Assembly: GCA_013426015.1 (NCBI GenBank)
Contig: CP058998.1
Coordinates: 1,050,758-1,114,757 of the forward strand
DNA from: Candidatus Fermentimicrarchaeum limneticum
Lineage (GTDB): Archaea > Micrarchaeota > Micrarchaeia > Burarchaeales > Fermentimicrarchaeaceae
Length of the DNA stretch: 64,000 bases
Direction of reading: 5' to 3'
In this document: positions 55,676-64,000 of the stretch, piece after piece
Layout of the letters: each line of letters begins with the position of its first letter
Position numbering within the stretch: position 1 is the stretch's first letter
Position numbers and translations under genes: made by a program
Notes under the pieces: generated by a model
Databases searched by the model: none
The model's input: only the letters and a program-made list of their open reading frames with translations
Told to the model about the DNA's origin: nothing

Positions 55676-56905
55676 ATGGATTTGGCTTACCTCTCGAAGC
55701 TTTCAGGAGTAGGAGGAGTGCTGAAGAGTTCCCCAGAAGATTTCATAGTAGAGGAGATAACCAAGGAAGGGGAAGTTCTTGAGCTGGGCAAGCGCTTTGA
55801 GAAGGAAGGGGACGGGGATTTCACCCGCTTCGTTCTGCAGAAGAGGAACTGGAACACCCTGCAGGCTCTCAGGGAGATTGGCAATAAGCTGCACTGCGGC
55901 ATGAAGAGATTTGGTTATGCTGGTGTGAAGGACAGGAATGCAGTGACAACCCAGCTCGCCAGCGCGTTCAGAATAGATCGTACAGCTCTCTTGAGTGTCA
56001 GAATAAAGGACATCCAGATAAACGGAGCATGGAGAGCCAAGGAGAAGGTGAGGATTGGAGAGCTGCTGGGCAACAGGTTCACGATTACTGCTAGGGATGC
56101 TGCAGCTGATGCCGAGACTGCGGTTAATGGGATATATGCAGATACAAATGGCCTATTCCCAAATTACTTCGGAGAGCAGAGGTTCGGGAGCATAAGAAAG
56201 AACACCCATCTTGTTGGAAAGGCGATTGTTTCCGGAAACTTCAAGGAAGCAGTTTGGAACTACCTTACGTATCTGGACGAGGCTGAGAGAGAGGAAGGAA
56301 AGGAAGCACGTAAAAAACTTGCAGAGGACGGGGACTTCAAAAAAGCACTAGACTACTTTCCGAAATACCTGGGATATGAGAGGACCATGCTGAACCATCT
56401 ATCGGCAAACCCGACGGATTACGTGAATGCGCTGAGGAAACTGCCCAGGGGGCTCTCACTGATGTTTGTGCATGCTTACCAAAGTTATATATTCAATAAA
56501 ACCCTAAGCAAAAAAATATCAGAAGGCAGGGTTTCAATAGAGTTGGGGGACATGTTTTGCGGAAAAGACAGGTTCGGCTTTCCTAAGTTGGACGAGGTAA
56601 GAAAGGCTGAAAGCAGAGCAGAGGCCGGCGAGTACCTGCCAGTGGGCAGAGTCATAGGATATGAAACGACAGAACTCAGCGATGAGGAGAGAGGGATTCT
56701 TGAGGAGGAGGGAGTAAGCGAGAAGGAGTTCTTAATAAACTCCTTTCCTGAGCTCAGCTCGAAGGGCACTCTGAGGAGTTTCTTCATATCGGTAGAAAAA
56801 CTGAGATTCAGCTACGAGTCAGACAAGATGATTTTTAACTTCTGCCTCCCCTCGGGCTCCTATGCAACATCGCTCATGAGAGAATTTATCGACAGGTGCA
56901 AATAG
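55676..56905 (+). CDS. truD: tRNA pseudouridine(13) synthase TruD
   Basis: PEDFIVEE, AGVKDRNAVTTQ, GNRF, PNYFGEQRFG, HAYQSY, LPSGSYAT. Confidence 0.95.
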   Translation: MDLAYLSKLSGVGGVLKSSPEDFIVEEITKEGEVLELGKRFEKEGDGDFTRFVLQKRNWNTLQALREIGNKLHCGMKRFGYAGVKDRNAVTTQLASAFRIDRTALLSVRIKDIQINGAWRAKEKVRIGELLGNRFTITARDAAADAETAVNGIYADTNGLFPNYFGEQRFGSIRKNTHLVGKAIVSGNFKEAVWNYLTYLDEAEREEGKEARKKLAEDGDFKKALDYFPKYLGYERTMLNHLSANPTDYVNALRKLPRGLSLMFVHAYQSYIFNKTLSKKISEGRVSIELGDMFCGKDRFGFPKLDEVRKAESRAEAGEYLPVGRVIGYETTELSDEERGILEEEGVSEKEFLINSFPELSSKGTLRSFFISVEKLRFSYESDKMIFNFCLPSGSYATSLMREFIDRCK

Positions 56906-57775
56906 ATGAGAAAAATTGCAATAATACTCTTGCTTGTTTTCATTCTGGCGTGGGGCAACCAGCTCGATAAGATGAACTGGGTGTCTTTCAACTGGTTCAA
57001 CATCCCAAACTCCGAGGAGCTCTACCTTCTGGAATACCCAAAAACTGTTTCCGGGGATGTTCTGCAGTTCGAAGTATACTCAAGCAAGGATTACATCTGT
57101 TCAATCTACTTGTGCAACATAACCTTGGAAAAGCAGCTTGCAGAGGGACGCAACAGCATAGAGCTCGGCACGGAGGGCTGCGGGCAAGAAATGCTCACTA
57201 TAGTATCATGCGGAGAATCCCTTGTCCGCTTCTACTCAAACAGAACCAACGTAAGCTTTGGAAATGAGTACATTGATGCAAAGTTTTCTGCAATCCCGAA
57301 TAAGAGAATAGCCGGGCTTGACATAATGTTCAGCTCAAGACTAAATGACGCAGCTTACAAAAATTTCGAGATCCTTGTGGACGGAAGAACAGTAGTCCGC
57401 CCAACGTACTTCTTCAAAAGTGGGGAGCGCGAGTCCTACGCCGCAGAAGAATTGCATCTCGACCCAGGGAACCACCGTATTGAACTCAGATACGAAAACA
57501 GAACGCTCGACAGTAGGAACATATCAATTGAAGGCCAGCCCTTCCCGCTTCAGGATGCGGTGGACATACTCCTCTCGCTCGGGATTGCAGTTTTGATTAA
57601 GGAAAAATACAAGCTTGACTGGCTGCTGTCCTCACTTGTGTTCTTCGGTTTGTCATTCTCAGCGCTTGCGCTACAGCTACAGCTGCAGAAAAACCTGGGG
57701 TTCAACGAATGGTTGCTACCGCTTACACTTGCGTTAGCTTTGGTGTTAATATGGAAGTCGAAAGGGAAGCAATAA
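56906..57775 (+). CDS. Membrane-anchored hypothetical protein
   Basis: Signal peptide, beta-rich domain, three C-terminal TMs. Confidence 0.6.
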   Translation: MRKIAIILLLVFILAWGNQLDKMNWVSFNWFNIPNSEELYLLEYPKTVSGDVLQFEVYSSKDYICSIYLCNITLEKQLAEGRNSIELGTEGCGQEMLTIVSCGESLVRFYSNRTNVSFGNEYIDAKFSAIPNKRIAGLDIMFSSRLNDAAYKNFEILVDGRTVVRPTYFFKSGERESYAAEELHLDPGNHRIELRYENRTLDSRNISIEGQPFPLQDAVDILLSLGIAVLIKEKYKLDWLLSSLVFFGLSFSALALQLQLQKNLGFNEWLLPLTLALALVLIWKSKGKQ

Positions 57776-59106
57776 TTTTTGGCATAATCTTCACATTAGT
57801 AATAGCCGTGCTCATACTCAGATTCGGCCCGGTTGACTGGTGGGGTGCGTACTACTATCGAAATGTCCAGAATGCGCTTGAGCAAGGAAACACCCTGTTC
57901 TACGATGACCTAAGCTACCTCGGTAGGAATTTCACCTACCCGCCCGTATTCTTCCAGATAGCAAGTGAGATATCGCTCCTGCTTGGTGCAACCAACTATG
58001 AATCAATCAGATTGCCCTTCCACCTCTTCGTAGTGTTCGTCTACGCAGTTTCCATGTACCTCTTGTTCAGGAACTTCAAAACCTGGCAGCAGAGGGTTGC
58101 GGGGGCTTCACTATTCGCAACCCACGCCTTCGTCATGATATTCTCCGCCACCGTAACGCTGCACGTGGTTGCCTATACCTTCATGAACATTTCGCTTCTT
58201 CTGCTGGAGAAGAGGGAGAGCGTGCTGAAAATTCTTTCAGTGGTGTTCCTGTCAGTTGCTCTGTCCGCTCATCCCACCAGCATCGTGCTCTTCCCCGTTT
58301 ATGTCTATGCAGTCGGGCGCTTCAAGATTGACTGGGATAGGTTCAAGAATGCCGCGATCACGCTCGTGACTGCTTCATTCCTTTCTCTCATTTTCTATCT
58401 GCCGCTGTTCATAATAAACGGGTTGCCCTACGAGACCGCCTCGAATCTGTGGGGCTACTTCCTCTCCTACGGTTTTGTGGGAGTTCTCTACGACATGCAG
58501 TTCCTTCTGCCGCTTGTCCTTATAACCTCACTCTTTGCGGTGATAAGAAAACCGTTCCAGCTTGCCGCGCTACTCCTCGTGCTTGCCGTGCTTGTCAATG
58601 CGTTTATCGCGTTCAGAGTGAACCTTATTGTCACAATAATGCTCTCCTTCCTCTTCCCGATGGTTTTCGGGGAAAAGCTGAAAGATGCGCTGGTACTGTC
58701 AGTCTTCTTCGTGTTCATACTGGCAAACATGCTCCTCATCCCAGTGCTCTTCTCCGGTACGACGAGATGGTGCAGGTGGGTTTATGCCGATGACATGTGC
58801 ACAAAGCCCATGCAGTTTATAGATACGTTCACGTCAACAGGTGAAAGGGTTGCAATAAATCCCGAATACGGGCACCTTGAGACCTACATAGGACAAAGAA
58901 AGGTTCTGGCAGACCTCTATGTGGAGTACGCGCCAAGCGATAAGTTCTATGCGGAGTATAATTTCTACGAGAAAGCCGACCCCACGTATCTGGAAGGCTA
59001 TAACATAACCCTTCTTGTGCTTGATGACACCGACCACCTCAGGGATATAGAGGATGCAGACAGAGTATATGACAATGGGTTTGTCCATATGTACAGGGAG
59101 AGATGA
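57751..59106 (+). CDS. Polytopic membrane protein, GT-C glycosyltransferase-like
   Basis: DDLSYLGRNFTYPPVF loop, HP motif, about 11 TMs, VYDNG end. Adjacent to GT2 genes. Confidence 0.6.
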   Translation: MEVEREAIIFGIIFTLVIAVLILRFGPVDWWGAYYYRNVQNALEQGNTLFYDDLSYLGRNFTYPPVFFQIASEISLLLGATNYESIRLPFHLFVVFVYAVSMYLLFRNFKTWQQRVAGASLFATHAFVMIFSATVTLHVVAYTFMNISLLLLEKRESVLKILSVVFLSVALSAHPTSIVLFPVYVYAVGRFKIDWDRFKNAAITLVTASFLSLIFYLPLFIINGLPYETASNLWGYFLSYGFVGVLYDMQFLLPLVLITSLFAVIRKPFQLAALLLVLAVLVNAFIAFRVNLIVTIMLSFLFPMVFGEKLKDALVLSVFFVFILANMLLIPVLFSGTTRWCRWVYADDMCTKPMQFIDTFTSTGERVAINPEYGHLETYIGQRKVLADLYVEYAPSDKFYAEYNFYEKADPTYLEGYNITLLVLDDTDHLRDIEDADRVYDNGFVHMYRER

Positions 59107-59107
59107 T

Positions 59108-59764
59108 ATGTTCACGGTGGTTGTGCCAGCCTATAACGAGGAGGAGAACATAGGGAATTTCCTCAAGGAGCTAGTCAAGGAAGCAAAGGATATTATAGTT
59201 GTTGACGATGGCTCGACTGACAGCACATACTCCATTGCAAAAAAATTCAAGGTCAGGGTGATAAGGCATAAACGTAACATGGGGAAGAGCCAAGCAATCA
59301 TAACAGGCCTGAAGACTGCCAGGAGCAAGGCTGTGGTGCTGATAGACGGCGACAACCAGCTTTCCCCAAGATACATACCTGCTTTTGTGAAGGAGCTCGA
59401 GAAATGCGATCTGGTCATTGGCAACAGATTCCTTGCAGGGGCTAAATTCCCATTCAGCAGACTCATTGCAAATTTGCTCATAATCAAGCTTGTTTCTTTG
59501 AAAATACCCGAGGTGGGGGACCCGCTGAACGGACTTAGGGCGTTGAGGAGAAGCAAATTCAAAGACTTAGAGGGGGACGGCTTCGGGGTAGACCTAGACA
59601 TGCTTTTCAAAGCAAAGAAAAAGAACCTGAGGATACGCCAGCTGCCAGTTGCTGCTGACTACTCGATTCAAAAGGAAATGAGCCTATCTGATTACATAAA
59701 AAAGACTTTCCGGTATGGGCAGATTCTCCTGCAGGCAATAGAATTCCTCCTAGCGTCCGGCTGA
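59108..59764 (+). CDS. GT2 glycosyltransferase (DPM1-like)
   Basis: VVVPAYNEE, VVDDGSTD, NMGK, IDGDNQ, GNRF. Confidence 0.9.
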   Translation: MFTVVVPAYNEEENIGNFLKELVKEAKDIIVVDDGSTDSTYSIAKKFKVRVIRHKRNMGKSQAIITGLKTARSKAVVLIDGDNQLSPRYIPAFVKELEKCDLVIGNRFLAGAKFPFSRLIANLLIIKLVSLKIPEVGDPLNGLRALRRSKFKDLEGDGFGVDLDMLFKAKKKNLRIRQLPVAADYSIQKEMSLSDYIKKTFRYGQILLQAIEFLLASG

Positions 59765-59842
59765 AAAGTCCCACTCCCATAGAATAGTATTTATTTAAAT
59801 AATGACGGATAAAACACTCTACGACAACCGAGAGATGACTAT

Positions 59843-61342
59843 ATGGACAGAGATTTGGTTACCCGTTGGCTTCTCGCAATTGCAATAATGGCAAGTGGAA
59901 TTGCCGGCATGAACTTTGGCGTATATCTACTTAGGTATATAGTGGTTACACCTGCCGAAATTGTACTCTCGCTAATTTTCCTCCTCCTAGTTACCTCAAA
60001 TACAGTATTTAACACCTTTGGCTGCTACTACTACCTCCGCTCATACGGACTAAACACATTCATACCCAAAAAACTTAGGACCTACCCCAGAGTTGCAGTG
60101 GCAATACCCACCAGAAATGAAGATGAGCAGATGGTTAAGAGAAATCTGGAGTCAATAACGCGGTTGGATTATCCAAAAGATAAGCTCAGGATATTCCTGC
60201 TTGACAATTCAACGAACAGATCGGAAGAACTTGAGAAATTCTGCAAAAAATTGGGAGTGAACTACGTCTACATGGAGAATCCTGCAAAGCTCAAAAGCTA
60301 CGTCATGAACAAGTTCCTTGACATGGTTGACGAGGAATATGTTGCGATATTCGATGCAGACGAGTACCTGACCGACCCGAGCTTCCTCAAGGAGACGCTG
60401 CCATGTCTTGATGGAAATGCAGGTTTTGTTCAAACAGAAAAGCAGTTCGCACCCGGCAGCTTCTTCGCAAACGGAGTCAATACCTACTATTCTTTCTTCT
60501 ACAAATTCATGCAACCGGTGAGAAACCTGTGCAGGAGCACGATGTTCTGCGGTTCATGCGGTGTTGTGAGGAGATCTGTTGTGAAGCAGGTTGGCGGCTT
60601 CCCAGCCACTCCAACTGAGGATGCAGCATTCGCATTCAAGGCAGACCTTGCAGGAAGAGGAGGGGTTTTCGTCTTGAAAACATATGCCCTAGGCGAAGCA
60701 ATAGAGCATTTCGAGACGTTCCTATCCCAACAGTGGAGGTATACAATAGGAAATATCTGGATTCTTATAGAATATCTCCAGAATTTCTTCAAACTAAAAG
60801 CTGAAAAACATATACATTACCTGGCTCAGACATTTGGTTACGCCTACCTCTCATCACTCTTCATTTTCTACTCTCTACTCTCAATAATATTTGTCATCAG
60901 TGATATAACCCTGAGGAGCATAAACTCCCAGGTTTTTCTACCTCAACATCTCAAGATGTTCGCAGCAAGTTATATGATAGCAATATTCCTGCTAGTAGTA
61001 GTCGGAGGCAGGCTCTATTTCGGCTCTTTCAGGTTGGGCATTATGGCGATGTTCCTCAACTTCTCAACAGCATTTGTGAGGACAAAAGCAATGATAGTAG
61101 GATTTTTGAACTTCAGACCCAGGTTCATCATGAGCAGACAGAGCAAGTTCAAGCATTCAATAATCGAGGTTCTCAAAGCAAACTTAATTGAGACTTCTTA
61201 TTCAGTTGTACTTCTCTCACTTTCGCTAGTCTCATTTTTAAGGAATGATGTTGTTAGTGCCTTCTGGCTTTTCTGGTACAGCACACTGTTCTTCTGCTCC
61301 TTCCTGTTCAGCTACGGTACTGAAGTTAAGCAATTGTTTTAA
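59843..61342 (+). CDS. Membrane GT2 glycosyltransferase, cellulose-synthase-like
   Basis: IPTRNE, FDAD, FVQT, CGS, TED, QQWRY, flanking TMs. Confidence 0.85.
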   Translation: MDRDLVTRWLLAIAIMASGIAGMNFGVYLLRYIVVTPAEIVLSLIFLLLVTSNTVFNTFGCYYYLRSYGLNTFIPKKLRTYPRVAVAIPTRNEDEQMVKRNLESITRLDYPKDKLRIFLLDNSTNRSEELEKFCKKLGVNYVYMENPAKLKSYVMNKFLDMVDEEYVAIFDADEYLTDPSFLKETLPCLDGNAGFVQTEKQFAPGSFFANGVNTYYSFFYKFMQPVRNLCRSTMFCGSCGVVRRSVVKQVGGFPATPTEDAAFAFKADLAGRGGVFVLKTYALGEAIEHFETFLSQQWRYTIGNIWILIEYLQNFFKLKAEKHIHYLAQTFGYAYLSSLFIFYSLLSIIFVISDITLRSINSQVFLPQHLKMFAASYMIAIFLLVVVGGRLYFGSFRLGIMAMFLNFSTAFVRTKAMIVGFLNFRPRFIMSRQSKFKHSIIEVLKANLIETSYSVVLLSLSLVSFLRNDVVSAFWLFWYSTLFFCSFLFSYGTEVKQLF

Positions 61343-61365
61343 ATAACCGAGCAGCAAATCCAAAT

Positions 61366-61665
61366 ATGCTCCTGATGAAGATTTTCAAGAAGAAGAACGA
61401 GAAGATAGTCGCAGTTTGTGATGCCGAGCTCATCGGCAAAGTCCTGAGGGAAGGAGAGCTTGTTCTGAATTTGGAGAAATATGCCGACTTCTACAATGGA
61501 GAGCAGGCTGATGAGGAATCCGTCGAGAGGGAGCTGCTTACAGCAACGTCAATCAACCTGGTTGGGGATAAAGCGACAGGAATTGCGAAGAGGATGAAGC
61601 TCGTGAGAGATTCCGACATAAAGAGGATACAGAAAGTCCCGCATGTGCAGGTGTACAGGATATGA
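61366..61665 (+). CDS. DUF424 family protein
   Basis: VAVCDAELIGK, FYNG, SINLVG, VPHVQ. Confidence 0.85.
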   Translation: MLLMKIFKKKNEKIVAVCDAELIGKVLREGELVLNLEKYADFYNGEQADEESVERELLTATSINLVGDKATGIAKRMKLVRDSDIKRIQKVPHVQVYRI

Positions 61666-61967
61666 AGAAGGCAAGCGGTGCTTTGACGAAGAAAACATTC
61701 AAACTCAACCAGAGTGAATTCTGGAGTGGTTTCATCAAAGGGCTTGCTACCGGTCTGCTCACCCTGCTCCTCTGGTATCTCACTTACTCATTCCTCATGA
61801 GAGCAGAAGTTTTTACCCTTGCGCTGCTGTTTGTAGGCGAATGGCTTCTGCCCGTATGCATTTTCCATGTGACGATGAAAAAGAACAGCGAGAAAATGGG
61901 CTTGCTGGTCAGCCACTACTGCATATTCCTTCTCGGCATGCTGTACGTGGCATTTCAGCTAATCTGA
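61662..61967 (+). CDS. Small membrane hypothetical protein
   Basis: Three TMs, ATGA overlap. Confidence 0.55.
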   Translation: MKKASGALTKKTFKLNQSEFWSGFIKGLATGLLTLLLWYLTYSFLMRAEVFTLALLFVGEWLLPVCIFHVTMKKNSEKMGLLVSHYCIFLLGMLYVAFQLI

Positions 61968-61980
61968 GGTGCTTTGTGGA

Positions 61981-62331
61981 ATGAAGCTCAACTCAGGTGA
62001 AAGAATTGTTCTCAAGAAAAGCACACTTGCGAAAAGGGTTTTCACCGAGCGTAAGTTCCACGAAATTCCCATCTTAGGCAGTCACGCAGGGGTCAACATA
62101 TACCTGACCAACCAGAGAATATTTGTCGAGCTCATGCTGCTGCATTTCAAAATTGCAGAAATCCCTTTGAATGTCATACGGGACATCAGGAAGGAGAAGC
62201 ATTTATTATTCCAAACAATCATCATTGAGTGCAGGCAACAATCTGGTATAAGAAAGCTTGTTTTATCTCTAGGCGGCGATAGCGACCTCTGGTTCAGGAA
62301 AATTCAAGAGGCGAGAAGCCAGCTCCGCTAA
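61981..62331 (+). CDS. PH/GRAM-like domain protein
   Basis: LNSGERIV..IYLTNQRIF..EIPLNVI..W. Confidence 0.55.
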   Translation: MKLNSGERIVLKKSTLAKRVFTERKFHEIPILGSHAGVNIYLTNQRIFVELMLLHFKIAEIPLNVIRDIRKEKHLLFQTIIIECRQQSGIRKLVLSLGGDSDLWFRKIQEARSQLR

Positions 62332-62675
62332 AACCTGAAAAGCACCCTTGCCAGGATGACAACTGCGAGGATTGCGAGCAGGTATAAATAAGCTGTCTTT
62401 GAGGTTTCGGTTATCCCTTTGTAGTACGCGATATACAGCGTAGAGCATGAGAAAGATAAGACGAACAGAACAACCAAATGCAGCAATTCTCCTCCCCCTA
62501 TACTATCCCATGGGAGTCCTACGAGAATTCCATCCCTATCCATTATCTCAATAACTATCCAGAGAGAGACAGTCAGTATAATAGAGAGCAGAAACAGACA
62601 TACTAAAAGGTTCCGGAATTTCCTTCTCCTGCTTTCACCCGTCACCCTGTTGAATATCTTCATTCTAACCCGCAT
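62328..62675 (-). CDS. Small membrane hypothetical protein
   Basis: Three TMs, directly downstream of the VirB4-like gene. Confidence 0.5.
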   Translation of the reverse strand: MRVRMKIFNRVTGESRRRKFRNLLVCLFLLSIILTVSLWIVIEIMDRDGILVGLPWDSIGGGELLHLVVLFVLSFSCSTLYIAYYKGITETSKTAYLYLLAILAVVILARVLFRF

Positions 62676-62676
62676 A

Positions 62677-63999
62677 TCATCCAATCCTCTTATCCTCTGG
62701 ATGGGTCGTGAAAAGTTTGTACTCCTCGCTTCCCACAACATTCTTCAGAGGGATAAACGTATTACTGACAAAGAAGAGCCCGCTCCCGGGCTCTGCTGTG
62801 AGCAGATAGTTCTTTGTTGTTTCATTTAGCTTGAACGTTGTTGCAACGTCATCGATTATTGACGGCTTCATCCTCAGCAGAAGCTGCCAAGAGGAATTCG
62901 CCATCACTGCCTTGCCTGCCCTGCTGGTCAGGAGATCATATACATCCTGCGTCACCAGAACCAGTCCCATGTTGTGGTGCCTGCATGTTTTTACGATGTT
63001 GAGTATGTAACCCTCTTCCCCTTCTGTCTGGAGCAGCTTCCAGGCCTCATCCACCACGAGCAGCTTCTTCCTCAGATCCTTTCTCATCCTGTTGTAAACA
63101 AACTCAAGGATGACAAACATCACTATCCTTCTGACCTCCCTAGGAAGTGAACCCACCTTGAATGCAATAAACCTTCCATCCATCCTCTTTATGTTCGTCT
63201 GCCTGTTTATGAAGGAGTACGAGCCCCTCACGAACCTTCTCAGAGATGAGGATATGGCAGTTGCTGCCTCAGCTCTCTTGGCAAAACTACTCTTTCTCTC
63301 TTTTTCAACAAGGTTATACAAATCTGAGAGTGTTGGTGCTTCCCTCCCCCAAGTCTTTGGGTCGTGCGTTATACCCCTTTTCGCATATATCTTCTCAAAT
63401 GCCTCGTCAAGAAGATCCTTCATATCATCAGTAAGCTCGGAAACGAAGAATCTCATGAGGCCGTGCAGGAACAGCAGCTTCTCCTCATAACTCTGCTCGG
63501 TTATCTGGAATGGGTTTATGAATGCATCGGACTTTTCGGATAATTCGATGAGCTTCCCACCCAGACTCTTGGTCAGACCCTCATACTCCCCTTCCTCGCT
63601 TGGGTCAAGAATGATTATGTCCACCCCCTGCTGCAGAGCTCTGCAGAGGATTGTTTTGACTGCAAATGACTTTCCGCTTCCCGACATCCCTAGCACAAGA
63701 CCATTTGCGTTTTCAAAGGATTTTGAGAATACATCGCAGATTATAGGCATGCCGTCAAGCTGATTCTCCCCAAAGAGGATCCCCTGAGGCTGCGGCTCTA
63801 GGTATGCGCTCACAAACGGGAAACAGGCTGCAAGCGATGAGGAGGTCATGTTCCTTCCAATATGCAGCAGGTTGTAGCCTAGCGGGGCGCAGCTTCTGAA
63901 TCCCGCATCCATCCTTTCATATGTGACAGCAGGCTTAAGCCTTACTTCATTGAGTTTGGAAACGGTCAAGTCAGTCAACAGGTCTAGCTTCTCAAGACT
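62677..63999 (-). CDS. VirB4-like ATPase (5' end outside window)
   Basis: NANGLVLGMSGSGKS, ILDP, INPF, PTLSDL, VVDEAW, VTQ. Confidence 0.85.
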   Translation of the reverse strand, partial: SLEKLDLLTDLTVSKLNEVRLKPAVTYERMDAGFRSCAPLGYNLLHIGRNMTSSSLAACFPFVSAYLEPQPQGILFGENQLDGMPIICDVFSKSFENANGLVLGMSGSGKSFAVKTILCRALQQGVDIIILDPSEEGEYEGLTKSLGGKLIELSEKSDAFINPFQITEQSYEEKLLFLHGLMRFFVSELTDDMKDLLDEAFEKIYAKRGITHDPKTWGREAPTLSDLYNLVEKERKSSFAKRAEAATAISSSLRRFVRGSYSFINRQTNIKRMDGRFIAFKVGSLPREVRRIVMFVILEFVYNRMRKDLRKKLLVVDEAWKLLQTEGEEGYILNIVKTCRHHNMGLVLVTQDVYDLLTSRAGKAVMANSSWQLLLRMKPSIIDDVATTFKLNETTKNYLLTAEPGSGLFFVSNTFIPLKNVVGSEEYKLFTTHPEDKRIG

Positions 64000-64000
64000 C

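Noticed and set aside
1..64000. Many antisense and alternate-frame ORFs in the track; tRNA, rRNA or CRISPR arrays
   Set aside because: The shadow ORFs overlap well-supported genes and have no motifs. No cloverleaf, rRNA-like or regularly spaced repeat was recognised by eye.

Overview
Archaeal chromosomal window (RadA, RPA, GGGP synthase, archaeal TruD, TATA-type promoters); the gene style suggests a DPANN lineage such as Micrarchaeota, which is inference. 0-30 kb is a type IV pilus locus: two KaiC-like ATPases, six class III signal-peptide pilin/adhesin genes, an A24 prepilin peptidase, two TadB/TadC-like platform genes and the assembly ATPase. Nested inside it, right after the peptidase, is an ~11.5 kb His-Xaa-Ser (Hxs) RiPP-type cluster: two HxsD-like genes, HxsB, a precursor with nine His-Xaa-Ser-type triplets, an HExxH membrane protease, six more radical SAM genes (seven in total) and a DUF362-ferredoxin. 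The precursor has an Flp-prepilin-like site (FLLEEEG|KISKE), which suggests a radical-SAM-modified pilin-like product processed by the prepilin peptidase. This is the best candidate for an undescribed system. Also present: two different TnpB elements, a 218-bp TnpB-less element that appears to express only an omega-RNA, an invariant 15-bp box upstream of the TATA box of all three elements and of the exonuclease-radA operon, cassette-like variable LamG adhesins, a possible second non-type-IV filament operon, and housekeeping/glycosylation genes ending in a partial VirB4-like ATPase. No rRNA, tRNA or CRISPR array was recognised. All family calls come from motif reading, not database searches.
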